From: Clostridiales bacterium
GTDB taxonomy: Bacteria > Bacillota > Clostridia > TANB77 > CAG-508
Assembly: GCA_003507395.1 (NCBI GenBank)
Contig: DNVW01000016.1
Span: 12,726-76,725 of the forward strand
Direction of reading: 5' to 3'
Length of the DNA stretch: 64,000 nucleotides
The notes under the pieces are model-generated. The model saw only the letters and a program-made list of their open reading frames with translations, searched no databases and was not told the DNA's origin. Positions 38,489-48,589 of this stretch are shown here, piece after piece. Every line of letters begins with the position of its first letter. Within the stretch, counting starts at the first letter, position 1. Position numbers and translations under genes: made by a program.

Positions 38489-39778
38489 TTATCTACCTCT
38501 CGATTTATCTTTTTTCTTATCTTTAACAATTTCTTTTGATTTTTCAATTTTAAGTTGATTTTTAAGCAGAATGGTTCTATTTTCAATTTCATAGCAGCCC
38601 ACGATATCTTTATTGGTTTTATTAATTAAAGCCTTTAAATTGGCAATTTCGTGTGTAATTTTCCCTTTGATTTCAGGATTTGTTTCTCTTTTTCTTTTTC
38701 TCCATAGATTTTCTCTTTTGCCTTTTAAATTTCGTACTTTCTCCTCTAAATTGAATCTATAAGATTTAAGTTCTTCTAAGTTATTAATTTTATTTTCAGA
38801 TAGTAAAATGGTTTGCTTACTTAAACTTTCTAAATGTTTTAAAGATATTTTCATTTCTTTTGTAATTGGTACTCTATAGTTTCCAATTTCAATTTTTTCA
38901 GGGAGTGGGTCAATTCTTAATAATATGCATATTAGAATATATAATGCAGGAAGTTCTCGTAATTGATGCTCTCTTTGTTTTTGCTTAAATTTATTATATT
39001 CTTCAATACTCATTTTATATTTTTTCTTTGGAATATAAACTTGACTATAAGTTTTATTTTCAATTCTATATCGTATCTTTTCTTTAGTATAATTATCTCC
39101 AAATAATTCTTGTGGTCTTACAACTTGGTAACTATTATCTCTTTCAATAATAATTCCTGTATCTTCATTTTCTGAAACATAATAGCCTTTTGCTTCTAGC
39201 TTTGATACAAACCCCTTATATGAATATGAAATAGCAATTGCATCATCTATATCTTTTTTTACTAATTGCATATATGGATTATTTTTAGCATACAGCTTAT
39301 AATAGCCTTTATTCTTCCACGGAGTTTTTATAACGCTTAATCCATTTTCTCTGCATATAAAATCAGATGTTATTCTTATAAAGTCTTTTGTTTCTCTATT
39401 ACTATAAAACTTATACCCACTTTTAAAAGAAACAGAATTTATAACAATATGGTTGTGTACATTATCTGTATTTAGATGTGTTGCAACTACAAATTGAAAG
39501 TCATCTCCAAACAGTTCTTTAGCATATTGTAATCCTAGCTCGTGGCATTTCTTTGGAGATATTTCTTTTCCATCAAATGATTGTATTAAATGGTAAGATA
39601 TTATTCCATCTTCTTTATCAAATCTTTTCTTTGTATCTTGCATTTCGTAAATTGCAGTGTCTGGTCTGCAATTTACACCAGACACATACATCATCTTTTC
39701 AGTTTTCTCGCCATTCATAATATACTTAATTATTGTGTTTAATCTTGTTTTTCTAGTCAAAAATTTTGTGACCGCCAT
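38489..39778 (-). CDS. MobA/VirD2-type relaxase (mobilization nuclease)
   Basis: HLNTDNVHNHIVINS histidine triad. The probable start is MAVTKF... at 39778. The longer track ORF adds 18 unlikely residues. Confidence 0.75.
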   Translation of the reverse strand: MAVTKFLTRKTRLNTIIKYIMNGEKTEKMMYVSGVNCRPDTAIYEMQDTKKRFDKEDGIISYHLIQSFDGKEISPKKCHELGLQYAKELFGDDFQFVVATHLNTDNVHNHIVINSVSFKSGYKFYSNRETKDFIRITSDFICRENGLSVIKTPWKNKGYYKLYAKNNPYMQLVKKDIDDAIAISYSYKGFVSKLEAKGYYVSENEDTGIIIERDNSYQVVRPQELFGDNYTKEKIRYRIENKTYSQVYIPKKKYKMSIEEYNKFKQKQREHQLRELPALYILICILLRIDPLPEKIEIGNYRVPITKEMKISLKHLESLSKQTILLSENKINNLEELKSYRFNLEEKVRNLKGKRENLWRKRKRETNPEIKGKITHEIANLKALINKTNKDIVGCYEIENRTILLKNQLKIEKSKEIVKDKKKDKSRGR

Positions 39779-40118
39779 AGTAAACTCCACCTTCTTTCTT
39801 GGTTGGGGTAAGGTAGAAGTTTTGTAAATCATCTATCATGTCATTAACTTTATTAGCAAGTGGATAATATTTATTATCATCAACATACTGATATGTGTTA
39901 GCTACTCTTGCAAGTTGATTTATATTTATTGCAATACCTCTTAAATCATTTAGTATTTTATAAAAGTTTTCATCAGGTTTTTCTTTTATTTGAGTATCAT
40001 TAATGACATGTCTAAAAAAAGCAGATTCTGATAAACCTGCTTTCAAACATTTCTTTTTTAGTAATTCATTTTCTCTACTATTAAGCCATACTTGTTTTTT
40101 TATTGATCTTGTTCGCAT
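39753..40118 (-). CDS. mobC: MobC-like relaxosome accessory protein (ribbon-helix-helix)
   Basis: RTRSIKKQVWLNSRENELLKKKCLKAGLSESAFFRHVI matches the MobC pattern. Its stop overlaps the relaxase start. Confidence 0.65.
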   Translation of the reverse strand: MRTRSIKKQVWLNSRENELLKKKCLKAGLSESAFFRHVINDTQIKEKPDENFYKILNDLRGIAININQLARVANTYQYVDDNKYYPLANKVNDMIDDLQNFYLTPTKKEGGVYYGGHKIFD

Positions 40119-40284
40119 AAATTATCATCTCCAATCTCTAATATTTTTTTATAAAACTTTTCTAAAGTTTTGTTTAAAGTATATATTTTATAATTTGTAC
40201 TTTAAGAATTGTGCGGTAGTACAAATTCATGGCTTGCTTTATACATAAAAACAACAATTGTACTACCACACGCCAGAGTTATTT

Positions 40285-40635
40285 TTACTTTAAAATGCCC
40301 ATATTTTTGAAATAAAAGTAAGCCTCATTGCCACCTAAAAAGAACAATTCTTTTGCTTCAATTTCCTTCATATTGTAAAATATTTGTACCAATTTAGATA
40401 ACATTTTACATTCATAATTGTTCAGATTTCTTCCTTCATTTTGTCCTTCTAAAACCCAATTTAAATTTTTATTTTTTCTTAATAATTCATAATATTGTTC
40501 TTGTAATTGTTTGTATTTTTCATTTTTATTTTTCAAATTTCCAATAATATCTTCTAAATATTCTTCAAACATATCTTCATATTCTTTATAAAAACTTTTG
40601 ATTTCACTCATAACATTTACCTCACTTTTAATCAT
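40285..40635 (-). CDS. Hypothetical protein (element B backbone)
   Basis: An intact ORF with no recognisable motif. Confidence 0.3.
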   Translation of the reverse strand: MIKSEVNVMSEIKSFYKEYEDMFEEYLEDIIGNLKNKNEKYKQLQEQYYELLRKNKNLNWVLEGQNEGRNLNNYECKMLSKLVQIFYNMKEIEAKELFFLGGNEAYFYFKNMGILK

Positions 40636-40679
40636 GAATTAGTTCTTTTAGTACAATTTCTTCAGCTCTATTTTTTATA

Positions 40680-41039
40680 TTATTCATCTTTCCGTACCCA
40701 TTCTAGTTGGTTATTAGCCTTTAATTCTTCAGTAACATTTTCCTTTTTAGCTAATTCTTTTATAATAGCATTTACTCTTTCTGTAGCTGTTATATCTATA
40801 TCCATTAAATGCTTTTGTAGTTTATTTTCCATTTGTAAAATCATATATTCAGCTTTCTTATTAGTCTTTAAATAGTTAAGTCTTAACCTTCCATATTTAC
40901 CTAATTTAAAATTTTTAATATTACTTGGTGCTACTATATTTGGTATATAATAATCTCCTTGTAATACATACTCAATACCAGTTTTACTATCTACAAATTT
41001 TTCTTTTAGATTTCCATTTTCATCATATCTTTCATCCAT
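40680..41039 (-). CDS. Hypothetical protein (element B backbone)
   Basis: An intact ORF with no recognisable motif. Confidence 0.3.
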   Translation of the reverse strand: MDERYDENGNLKEKFVDSKTGIEYVLQGDYYIPNIVAPSNIKNFKLGKYGRLRLNYLKTNKKAEYMILQMENKLQKHLMDIDITATERVNAIIKELAKKENVTEELKANNQLEWVRKDE

Positions 41040-41053
41040 TTTATAAATCCTCC

Positions 41054-41605
41054 TTAATCTACAAAATTAGCATATAAGCTATTTAAAAATTCTTTTGTAT
41101 ATTGCCTTTGTTCATAATTGCAATAATTTTTATTAGTTATATTAGTATTTTTATTATTAGTATAGTTAGGACGTAAATTCTCCGATTCATGAGTCGTAGA
41201 ATTTACGCTTCGTGAGTCGGAATTTTTACGAGTCAGATTATCGAATTTTTCATCGTGTACCATTTGGGCAGGGTATAAAAGTTTTGGTTTAGCTTTTCCT
41301 TGACTTTTTTCTAATAATAATTTTGCATCTACTAATTCTTTAAATGTTTTTGTACAAGTTTTATCTGAAATATGCAGTATGCTTTGTATTTCTTTTCTAG
41401 TAAATATTAAATAAATATTTCCGTTTTTATCTACCCAATTATTCTTAATAGATAGAGTTAGCCTGTCTAATAAAATACCATAAAGAAGTATTGCAGCAGG
41501 AGATAAAGAAATATATCTCTCATTTACAAAAAGTTCTTTTGGTATCATATAAAATTTGTATTGATAAATATCTTTTTGATTTATAAATTTAAAATCTTTT
41601 TCCAT
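41054..41605 (-). CDS. RepA_N-family replication initiator (N-terminal wHTH)
   Basis: FYMIPKELFVNERYISLSPAAILLYGILLDR is typical of Firmicute RepA_N initiators. Confidence 0.65.
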   Translation of the reverse strand: MEKDFKFINQKDIYQYKFYMIPKELFVNERYISLSPAAILLYGILLDRLTLSIKNNWVDKNGNIYLIFTRKEIQSILHISDKTCTKTFKELVDAKLLLEKSQGKAKPKLLYPAQMVHDEKFDNLTRKNSDSRSVNSTTHESENLRPNYTNNKNTNITNKNYCNYEQRQYTKEFLNSLYANFVD

Positions 41606-41644
41606 ATTTTGTCCTTTCCGAACTTAATATGAAATAAACTAAAA

Positions 41645-41667
41645 AATTTGGAACTTTAATTTGGAAC
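41645..41667. repeat. AATTTGGAAC direct repeats (13-bp period), putative iterons or arm sites
   Basis: Two exact copies lie upstream of repA_N. The reverse complement recurs at 29908 and 29937. Confidence 0.45.
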
Positions 41668-41804
41668 GAAATTTGATTATTTTTGAGAAACTGACAGAAA
41701 TTTGCAAAAAAGAAAAACACTTATCAAACTATATTGATAAGTGCTTTTGACGATTTTCTATTTTTATAGATTTCTCTAAATTTCTCTAGAAAATCGTAAG
41801 TGTT

Positions 41805-41892
41805 TGGTGCAGATGGCCGGAATCGAACCGGCACGGTTTATTCAACCGCAGGATTTTAAGTCCTGTGCGTCTACCAGTTCCGCCACATCTGC
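41805..41892 (-). tRNA. tRNA-Leu (anticodon UAA) with a long variable arm and encoded CCA
   Basis: The reverse complement reads GCAGATGTGGCGGAACTGGTAGACGCACAGGACTTAAAATCCTGCGGTTGAATAAACCGTGCCGGTTCGATTCCGGCCATCTGCACCA. It has a 7-bp acceptor stem and a T-arm GGTTCGATTCC. Confidence 0.85.
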
Positions 41893-42035
41893 GTAACTGA
41901 ACTGACAATTCATATTATAATACGATAAAACCACATTTGTCAATACTAAAATAAAAAAAATAAAATTCTGCAATATGTGTAGACATTTATAAGAAATTAG
42001 CTTAAAATATTAGAATAGAAAGAAGGCAAGATGGT

Positions 42036-42566
42036 ATGAATATATGGCATGAAATATCACCAGAAAGAATAAAAAAAGACGATTTTATAAGTGTAGTTGA
42101 AATAACAAAAGGTGGCAAAAACAAATATGAATTAGATAAAGAAACAGGAATGTTAAGGTTAGATAGAGTACTATATACCTCTACACACTATCCTGCAAAT
42201 TATGGATTTATTCCAAGAACATATGCAAGAGATAATGACCCCTTAGATGTATTGGTACTTTGTCAAGAAGATATTATTCCACTTACATTAGTAGAATGTT
42301 ATCCCATAGGTGTTCTAATTATGATAGATGGGGAAGAATATGATGAAAAAATAATAGCTGTAGCAAAAAAAGATCCATTTTTAAATGAATATCAAGATAT
42401 ATCAGAAGTATCTCATCAGATTTCAGCAGAAATAAAACATTTTTTTGAAGTATATAAACAATTAGAGGGTAAAACCACAACAATAGAAAAAATATTAGGA
42501 AGGGAAGAGGCAGAAAAAATAATTCAAACTTGTATAGATAGCTATAATAAAAAATTTGTTAAATAA
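42036..42566 (+). CDS. ppa: Inorganic pyrophosphatase (family I)
   Basis: DNDPLDVLVL and a YPANYGFIPRT-type active site. Confidence 0.9.
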   Translation: MNIWHEISPERIKKDDFISVVEITKGGKNKYELDKETGMLRLDRVLYTSTHYPANYGFIPRTYARDNDPLDVLVLCQEDIIPLTLVECYPIGVLIMIDGEEYDEKIIAVAKKDPFLNEYQDISEVSHQISAEIKHFFEVYKQLEGKTTTIEKILGREEAEKIIQTCIDSYNKKFVK

Positions 42567-42585
42567 ATTATTAGGGAGAAGGAGT

Positions 42586-43776
42586 ATGATATTCAAAATA
42601 ATATTTAATATATTGGCAGTTACACTATTTATAACAATGTTTTTCAAAATGATAAAGAAAAATAATACACAATATTTGTATTTGTTAGTAATTCAGTTCA
42701 TAGGAATTTTACTAAATTTTGTAGAGCTAATATTAGCAACTAGTTTTAATATAGTTTTAAAAATATTTATATATGTGTTATCAATAATAATACCGGGAAT
42801 AATACTATTATTAGAGCATAAGCAAAATATGGATTTTCCAGAAATGTTAAATATAATTTTAGCAGAATGGATGATACACTTAGGCAAAAAAGATAATGCA
42901 AAAAAGTATTTATTAATATTAATAAATAAATATCCAGAAAACTTTATGGGACATAAATTACTAGCAGAAATATATGAAAAAGAAGGAAAAATTTCTAACG
43001 CTATATCTGAATATTTAAGTACAATAGAAATAAGACCACAAAATTTTGAAATGAATTGCAAAATAGCTACATTACTGCATGTAGAGGGAAAAGATAATGA
43101 GGCTATTAACTTATTACAAGATTTGTTAAAAAAGAGACCGGAGGATTGCAAAGCAACAGAATTGCTCGGAGATATATTAATTGGACAGGAAAGATATAAA
43201 GAAGCTATATCTGTATATATGAGTTCATTAAGATATAATCCAGCAAGTTATGAGTTGTATTACAATTTGGGAATAGCTTATACAATGCTAAATGATTTTC
43301 AAAGAGCAAAGGAATTTTATGAAAAAGCAGCAGAATTAAATAGTCTATTATATCACGCAAAATTAAGTTTAGCACAGATAGCTATAATATATGGTGAATT
43401 AGATGAAGCGGAAATGTATTTATTTGAAAGCTTAAAAGAAAAAGAATTAGAATCTGGCTCATATTATTATTTAGCACAAATAGCAATGATAAAAGGTGAT
43501 GAAGATAAAGCAAAAAATTACATAAAAGTAGCAATAGAACTAGAACCAGAACTATATGAAAAAATAGAAAAAGATACAGTGTTTTTGCCAATAAAAAATA
43601 GCATAGATAAACCTGCAGAATATAAGAAAAAACAAAAAAATAAATTAACCAAAGAACAAAAAGTACAAAAGCATTTGGAAGAAACCTGTTCGATTGTAGG
43701 TAAACTAAACAATAGTGATTTGACCATGATGAAAAATATAAAAGAAAATCAAAAATATAAAGGAAGAGAAAGATAG
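42586..43776 (+). CDS. Membrane-anchored TPR-repeat protein
   Basis: Four N-terminal TM helices are followed by multiple TPR-like repeats (AISEYLSTIEIRPQNFE, AKEFYEKAAELN). Confidence 0.55.
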   Translation: MIFKIIFNILAVTLFITMFFKMIKKNNTQYLYLLVIQFIGILLNFVELILATSFNIVLKIFIYVLSIIIPGIILLLEHKQNMDFPEMLNIILAEWMIHLGKKDNAKKYLLILINKYPENFMGHKLLAEIYEKEGKISNAISEYLSTIEIRPQNFEMNCKIATLLHVEGKDNEAINLLQDLLKKRPEDCKATELLGDILIGQERYKEAISVYMSSLRYNPASYELYYNLGIAYTMLNDFQRAKEFYEKAAELNSLLYHAKLSLAQIAIIYGELDEAEMYLFESLKEKELESGSYYYLAQIAMIKGDEDKAKNYIKVAIELEPELYEKIEKDTVFLPIKNSIDKPAEYKKKQKNKLTKEQKVQKHLEETCSIVGKLNNSDLTMMKNIKENQKYKGRER

Positions 43777-43821
43777 ACATATTTTAAAAGTCCTTTTATA
43801 TAATTAATATAAAAGGAGATT

Positions 43822-44697
43822 ATGCATATGGAATTATCTATAATTGGTGGAGATTTAAGAACAGTAAAATTAATTAAATTGCTAGCACAAGATGAAAATA
43901 CCATAAAGGTATGGGGATTTGAAAATAATGAAGAAATATTAAAATTAAAAGAAACTAAAACAAAAGTTAAACTTTGTAGTGGCATAGAAGATGCTTTAGA
44001 AGGAATAGAAATAATATTGGGGCCAACACCATTTACAAAAGATAAAAAATATGTGTGTACTCAATATACAAACCAAAAGTTAAAAATAGAAGAACTAACC
44101 AAAAATCTAAAAGGTAAGTTATTATTAGCAGGTTCAATACCAAATAATGTATTAGATAAAGTAGAAGCAATAGATATATTGAAAGATGAAAATTTAGTTA
44201 TATTAAATGCAATTTCAACAGTAGAAGGGACAATAAATATTGCTATAAAAGAAACACAGAAAAATTTATATAAAAGTAATATATTAGTAATAGGATATGG
44301 TAGAATAGGTAAAATATTAGTAGATAGGCTAAATGCATTTAAAGCAAATGTGTATTGCAGTGCAAGAGGGAAAGACATTACATGGATAGACACTTTTGGA
44401 GGGAAAAGTATAAAATATGAAGATTTAAACGAACAGCTAAACAAATTTGATATAATAATAAATACTGTGCCAGTATTAATCTTAGATAAAGAAAGATTGA
44501 AGTTATTAGACAAAGATGTACTTTTGATAGATATAGCATCAGCCCCAGGAGGAATAGATTTTAATGTAGCACAAGACTTGAAAATAAAGACGATATGGGA
44601 ATTAGGCATACCAGGTAAAATAGCACCATTAAGCTCAGCAAAATATATAAAAGAAACGATATATAATATATTAAAAAGAAAGGAAGATAACAAATGA
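43822..44697 (+). CDS. Dipicolinate synthase subunit A-like NAD-binding protein (DpaA/SpoVFA family)
   Basis: N-terminal ELSIIGGDLRTVKLIKLL resembles SpoVFA (IAVIGGDARQ). A 2-hydroxyacid-dehydrogenase-like Rossmann fold is present. No DpaB partner follows. Confidence 0.5.
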   Translation: MHMELSIIGGDLRTVKLIKLLAQDENTIKVWGFENNEEILKLKETKTKVKLCSGIEDALEGIEIILGPTPFTKDKKYVCTQYTNQKLKIEELTKNLKGKLLLAGSIPNNVLDKVEAIDILKDENLVILNAISTVEGTINIAIKETQKNLYKSNILVIGYGRIGKILVDRLNAFKANVYCSARGKDITWIDTFGGKSIKYEDLNEQLNKFDIIINTVPVLILDKERLKLLDKDVLLIDIASAPGGIDFNVAQDLKIKTIWELGIPGKIAPLSSAKYIKETIYNILKRKEDNK

Positions 44698-45500
44698 CAA
44701 TAATACAAGCAATTATTTTAGGAACAGTACAAGGACTTACAGAATTTTTACCAATATCAAGTTCAGCACACTTGAATTTATTTCCTTGGCTGCTAAAATG
44801 GCAAGAGATGCCAGAATCATTTGACGTAGCTTTACATATAGGAACATTGCTAGCAATAATAGTATATTTCTTTAAAGACTGGATAAGGTTAATAGCAGGT
44901 GGATATAAACAAGTAGTAAAAAAAGAGAAAACAACAGATGGAAGAATATTCTGGTATTTAGTAATTGCTACAGTACCAGCAGGAATATTAAGTTTAATAT
45001 TAGATAAAATAGTAGATAAAATAATAGGAAATAATTTAAATTTAGAAATGATTATAATATCAATGGCATTAATAATTATGGGAATAGTTCTATATCTAGT
45101 AGACAAAAATTCGAAATCAACTATAAAATATGAAAATATAACATTAAAGCAATCTGTTTTAATAGGTATGTCACAAGCATTAGCTGCAGCATTTCCAGGA
45201 GTATCACGTTCGGGAATAACTATGACAGTTGCAAGATGGTTAGGAATAGACAGAGAAAGTGCTGCTAAATATTCATTTTTATTAGCAACACCCATAACGG
45301 CAGCAGCAGTAATATTTAGTTTAGGAGATTTAGCCTTAACAAGTTTATCATTTTGGATAGGAGTGTTAGCAAGCTTTGTTGTAGGAATTTTTGTAATAAA
45401 ATTCTTATTAAATTATTTGAAAAAAGGTAGCTTTAAAGTTTTTGCAATTTATAGAATCATAATAGGTTTGTTAATAATAGGAATAGTATTTATAAGATAA
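44694..45500 (+). CDS. uppP: Undecaprenyl-diphosphatase
   Basis: TEFLPISSSAHL and GVSRSGITM motifs. Confidence 0.85.
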   Translation: MTIIQAIILGTVQGLTEFLPISSSAHLNLFPWLLKWQEMPESFDVALHIGTLLAIIVYFFKDWIRLIAGGYKQVVKKEKTTDGRIFWYLVIATVPAGILSLILDKIVDKIIGNNLNLEMIIISMALIIMGIVLYLVDKNSKSTIKYENITLKQSVLIGMSQALAAAFPGVSRSGITMTVARWLGIDRESAAKYSFLLATPITAAAVIFSLGDLALTSLSFWIGVLASFVVGIFVIKFLLNYLKKGSFKVFAIYRIIIGLLIIGIVFIR

Positions 45501-45567
45501 ATAAAAAAGAGTTATTTAAATAAAAAGAATAGTATTATTTAGATAACTCTTAAAAAAGGAGCAAAAG

Positions 45568-46275
45568 ATGAATATATTATTATATATAACAATATTTGTA
45601 ATAGGTATGATTTTCGGAGCATTAACCACATTGCTATGTAGAATAAAATTAAAACAGAAAGTAACAATTGTAAAACCATATATATTAAGAGCAACATTAA
45701 GCGGAATAATATTTGTTTTATTTGCATTATCAATAAATTTAAATCAAAATACACTAACAAAAGATATGCTAATTTACTTTATATTTACCACTTTATATAT
45801 TAGTATACTATTTATAATTGCTACAATCGATAAAAACGAAAAAAGAGTAAATAAGATAATCTTATTATTTGGTTTTATAGTAGTAACCGTGTATATGATT
45901 TACACATATGTTACAAGTAGCGATATATCTATATCTAGATATGCAACTTATTTGTTAATAGTATGTGCATTGATTATAGCAGATACAATATATATGAAAC
46001 GAAAAGCAAAGCAAAATTATACCTTAAATGTATTACTATTATCTATGCTTATGATATTATTCACATATGAAGAAGTTTATTTTTTAACAGCTACATATGC
46101 CTTATTGATAATAGGTATTAAACTAATCCTAAACAAAATTAAAAATAGAAAAATAAAATATGTTAAATTTGATGAACATGCGAAAGCAAAAATACCAATA
46201 GCATATTATATGTGTTTAGCAAACATTATTATGTTATTAATAACAAATTATTATATATTTTACCAATATGTATAA
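45568..46275 (+). CDS. Polytopic membrane protein, hypothetical (weakly prepilin-peptidase-like)
   Basis: Multiple TM segments. The resemblance to A24 peptidases is weak and the catalytic Asp pair was not confirmed. Confidence 0.3.
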   Translation: MNILLYITIFVIGMIFGALTTLLCRIKLKQKVTIVKPYILRATLSGIIFVLFALSINLNQNTLTKDMLIYFIFTTLYISILFIIATIDKNEKRVNKIILLFGFIVVTVYMIYTYVTSSDISISRYATYLLIVCALIIADTIYMKRKAKQNYTLNVLLLSMLMILFTYEEVYFLTATYALLIIGIKLILNKIKNRKIKYVKFDEHAKAKIPIAYYMCLANIIMLLITNYYIFYQYV

Positions 46276-46335
46276 TAAATGTGTAATAATTAGAATAATT
46301 TATAACACAAAAAAATAATGAAGAGGAAAGAAAAA

Positions 46336-47226
46336 ATGAAAATAGGAATTGATATAGGTGGAAGCCATATAGCAGTGGGAATAGTAGATGGAAATAACAT
46401 TATAAATAAAAGCGAAACAGAAATAAATAAAAATAATGTTCAAGACATTGAGGAATTTATTTTAACATATATTGTGAATACTATCTCTAAACTAAAACAA
46501 AATGAAGAAATAGAATTAATAGGAATAGCAACACCAGGTAATCCTAAAAATGGAAATATTTCTACAATGGTTAACTTAGGAGTTGACGAATACAACATAA
46601 AAGAAAAGATAGAGCAATATTATAAAGTGCCTATAACAGTTCGAAATGATGCAAAATGTGCAGCACTAGCAGAAAAAAGATATGGGAGTTTGAAAGACTA
46701 TGAAGATGCGGTATTTTTATGTTTAGGTACAGGGATTGGCTCGGCAGTATTTTTAAATAATCAATTATTGGTTCCAAAAAGGAATACAGGATTTGAAATA
46801 GGGCATATGGTAATAGAAAAGCAAGGAGAAAAATGTAATTGTGGTAAGCTTGGATGTTTTGAAGCATATTGTTCTATAAAAAGATTTAGAGAAAAAATAA
46901 AAAATATATTAAAAATACCTGAGGAAATACAAGGAAAAGACTTTTTAGATATATTACATAACAATATAAGTAATATGGAAGTACAACAAGTTATAATTAT
47001 GTACATACAAGACCTTTTAGTAGGAATATCAAATATAATAGATATATTTGAACCAGAAGCAATATCAATAGGTGGTGGATTTGCATATTATAAAGATATA
47101 TTGTATAACAAGCTTTTAGAAGAGTTCTATAATAGAAAATACGTATTTAACAAAAATTCTTTACCTGAAATAAAATTGGCAAGTTTAGGAAATGACGCTG
47201 GTATTATAGGTGCTGTTATAAATTAG
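46336..47226 (+). CDS. ROK-family sugar kinase (glucokinase-like)
   Basis: GIDIGGSHIAVGIVD and the Zn motif CNCGKLGCFEAYCS. Confidence 0.75.
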   Translation: MKIGIDIGGSHIAVGIVDGNNIINKSETEINKNNVQDIEEFILTYIVNTISKLKQNEEIELIGIATPGNPKNGNISTMVNLGVDEYNIKEKIEQYYKVPITVRNDAKCAALAEKRYGSLKDYEDAVFLCLGTGIGSAVFLNNQLLVPKRNTGFEIGHMVIEKQGEKCNCGKLGCFEAYCSIKRFREKIKNILKIPEEIQGKDFLDILHNNISNMEVQQVIIMYIQDLLVGISNIIDIFEPEAISIGGGFAYYKDILYNKLLEEFYNRKYVFNKNSLPEIKLASLGNDAGIIGAVIN

Positions 47227-47234
47227 GAGGAGTA

Positions 47235-48014
47235 ATGGATTTATCAAATGAAAATATTATACATATAAAAAAAGATAATGTAGAATATATACAATTTAGA
47301 AAACTGTTAGAATATAAAAATATTACTCATTGTTATACTTTAAAAAGTGATGGGAAACTAAATTTTAGAAGTGAAAATAATGCAACAATGTTAAAAAGCT
47401 ATGAAAATATTTCAAGAGAATTGGGGTTCACAAACATTATAAAACCCAAGCAAACACATTCAGATAATATTACAATAATAGAAAATAATGAAAAAAACTT
47501 AAATGAAATAGATGGCTTAATAACAAATGAAAAAAATGTAACTTTAGGAACAACATCGGCGGATTGCATATCATTATTATTTTATGATCCTAATAAAAAC
47601 GTAATTGCAAATGTACATTCAGGATGGAGAGGAACGGAAAAAGGGATAGCAAAAAAAACAGTTCAAGAACTTATAGAAAAATTTAATTGCCAACCAAAAG
47701 ATATAATTTGCTGTATATGTCCAAGTATAAGAAAATGTCATTTTGAAGTAGATGAAGATGTAAAAGAAATATTTTATAATAAATATGGCGATCTTCCTGA
47801 AATTAATGATATAATAAGTGAAAACACAGCAAAGCATAAATACTATATAGATACTGTATTAATAAATAAATGTTTACTAAAACAGATAGGATTAAGAAAA
47901 GAGAATATTATAGATAGTAATATATGTACAGTATGTAATAGCAATTCGTTTCACTCATATAGAGTAGATAAGGAAAATTCAGGAAGAAATATGGCAATAA
48001 TAGAAATCAAATAA
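47235..48014 (+). CDS. pgeF: YfiH/PgeF family protein (purine nucleoside phosphorylase / peptidoglycan editing factor)
   Basis: Conserved H...C...H triad context and a C-terminal NSFHSYRVD...GRN. Confidence 0.75.
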   Translation: MDLSNENIIHIKKDNVEYIQFRKLLEYKNITHCYTLKSDGKLNFRSENNATMLKSYENISRELGFTNIIKPKQTHSDNITIIENNEKNLNEIDGLITNEKNVTLGTTSADCISLLFYDPNKNVIANVHSGWRGTEKGIAKKTVQELIEKFNCQPKDIICCICPSIRKCHFEVDEDVKEIFYNKYGDLPEINDIISENTAKHKYYIDTVLINKCLLKQIGLRKENIIDSNICTVCNSNSFHSYRVDKENSGRNMAIIEIK

Positions 48015-48032
48015 TAGAAAGAGACGAAGAAA

Positions 48033-48578
48033 ATGTATGATAATTGGGACGATTTAAAAAAAAGTATTGCAGAATGTAAAAAATGTAGATTATGCACCAA
48101 TAGAACCAACATTGTTTTGGGAGAAGGTAATATAAATGCAAAAATAATGTTTATAGGAGAAGGACATGGTGCAGATGAAGATAAACAAGGCGTACCTTTT
48201 GTAGGGAAAGCAGGACAACTTATGAACAAAGCTTTTCAAGCATTAGGAATAAATAGAGAAGAAATATATATAGCAAATATAGTAAAATGTAGACCACCAT
48301 CAAATAGAGTTCCAGAAGAGGACGAAGCACAAGCTTGCTTGAACTATTTACGAAATCAGGTTGTCTTAATAAAACCTGAAATTATAGTTCTATTAGGTAG
48401 TACAGCCCTAAAGACCATACTAGGAAAAGAATATGGAATAACAGCAGTACGTGGAAAATGGATGGAAAAAAACGGAATTAAATATATGCCAACATGGCAT
48501 CCAGCAGCACTTCTAAGAGACGAGAACAAAAAGATAGAATTTTGGCAAGATTTAAAAGAATTAAAAAAGTATTTATAG
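48033..48578 (+). CDS. Uracil-DNA glycosylase, family 4
   Basis: ECKKCRLC 4Fe-4S cysteines and GEGHGADE (GEGPG-like) motif. Confidence 0.8.
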   Translation: MYDNWDDLKKSIAECKKCRLCTNRTNIVLGEGNINAKIMFIGEGHGADEDKQGVPFVGKAGQLMNKAFQALGINREEIYIANIVKCRPPSNRVPEEDEAQACLNYLRNQVVLIKPEIIVLLGSTALKTILGKEYGITAVRGKWMEKNGIKYMPTWHPAALLRDENKKIEFWQDLKELKKYL

Positions 48579-48589
48579 AAAGGGAAAAA

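Larger units (their letters stand above)
29827..41816. mobile_element. Integrative mobilizable element B (~12 kb) inserted at the 3' end of tRNA-Leu(UAA). It carries int, xis, mobA-type relaxase, mobC, repA_N and cargo.
   Basis: A 12-bp direct repeat, tggtgcagatgg, lies at both ends. The integrase is adjacent to attR. A relaxase/MobC/RepA_N module is present. Confidence 0.7.

Noticed and set aside
40003-40248. 81-aa plus-strand ORF overlapping mobC
   Set aside because: It is antisense to a well-supported MobC gene and has no RBS or motif.
45568-46275. Prepilin peptidase (A24) assignment for the polytopic membrane protein
   Set aside because: It lacks the Zn-binding Cys tetrad and clear catalytic Asp motifs (IPD / GGDVKL). 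Similarity is limited to the general TM pattern.
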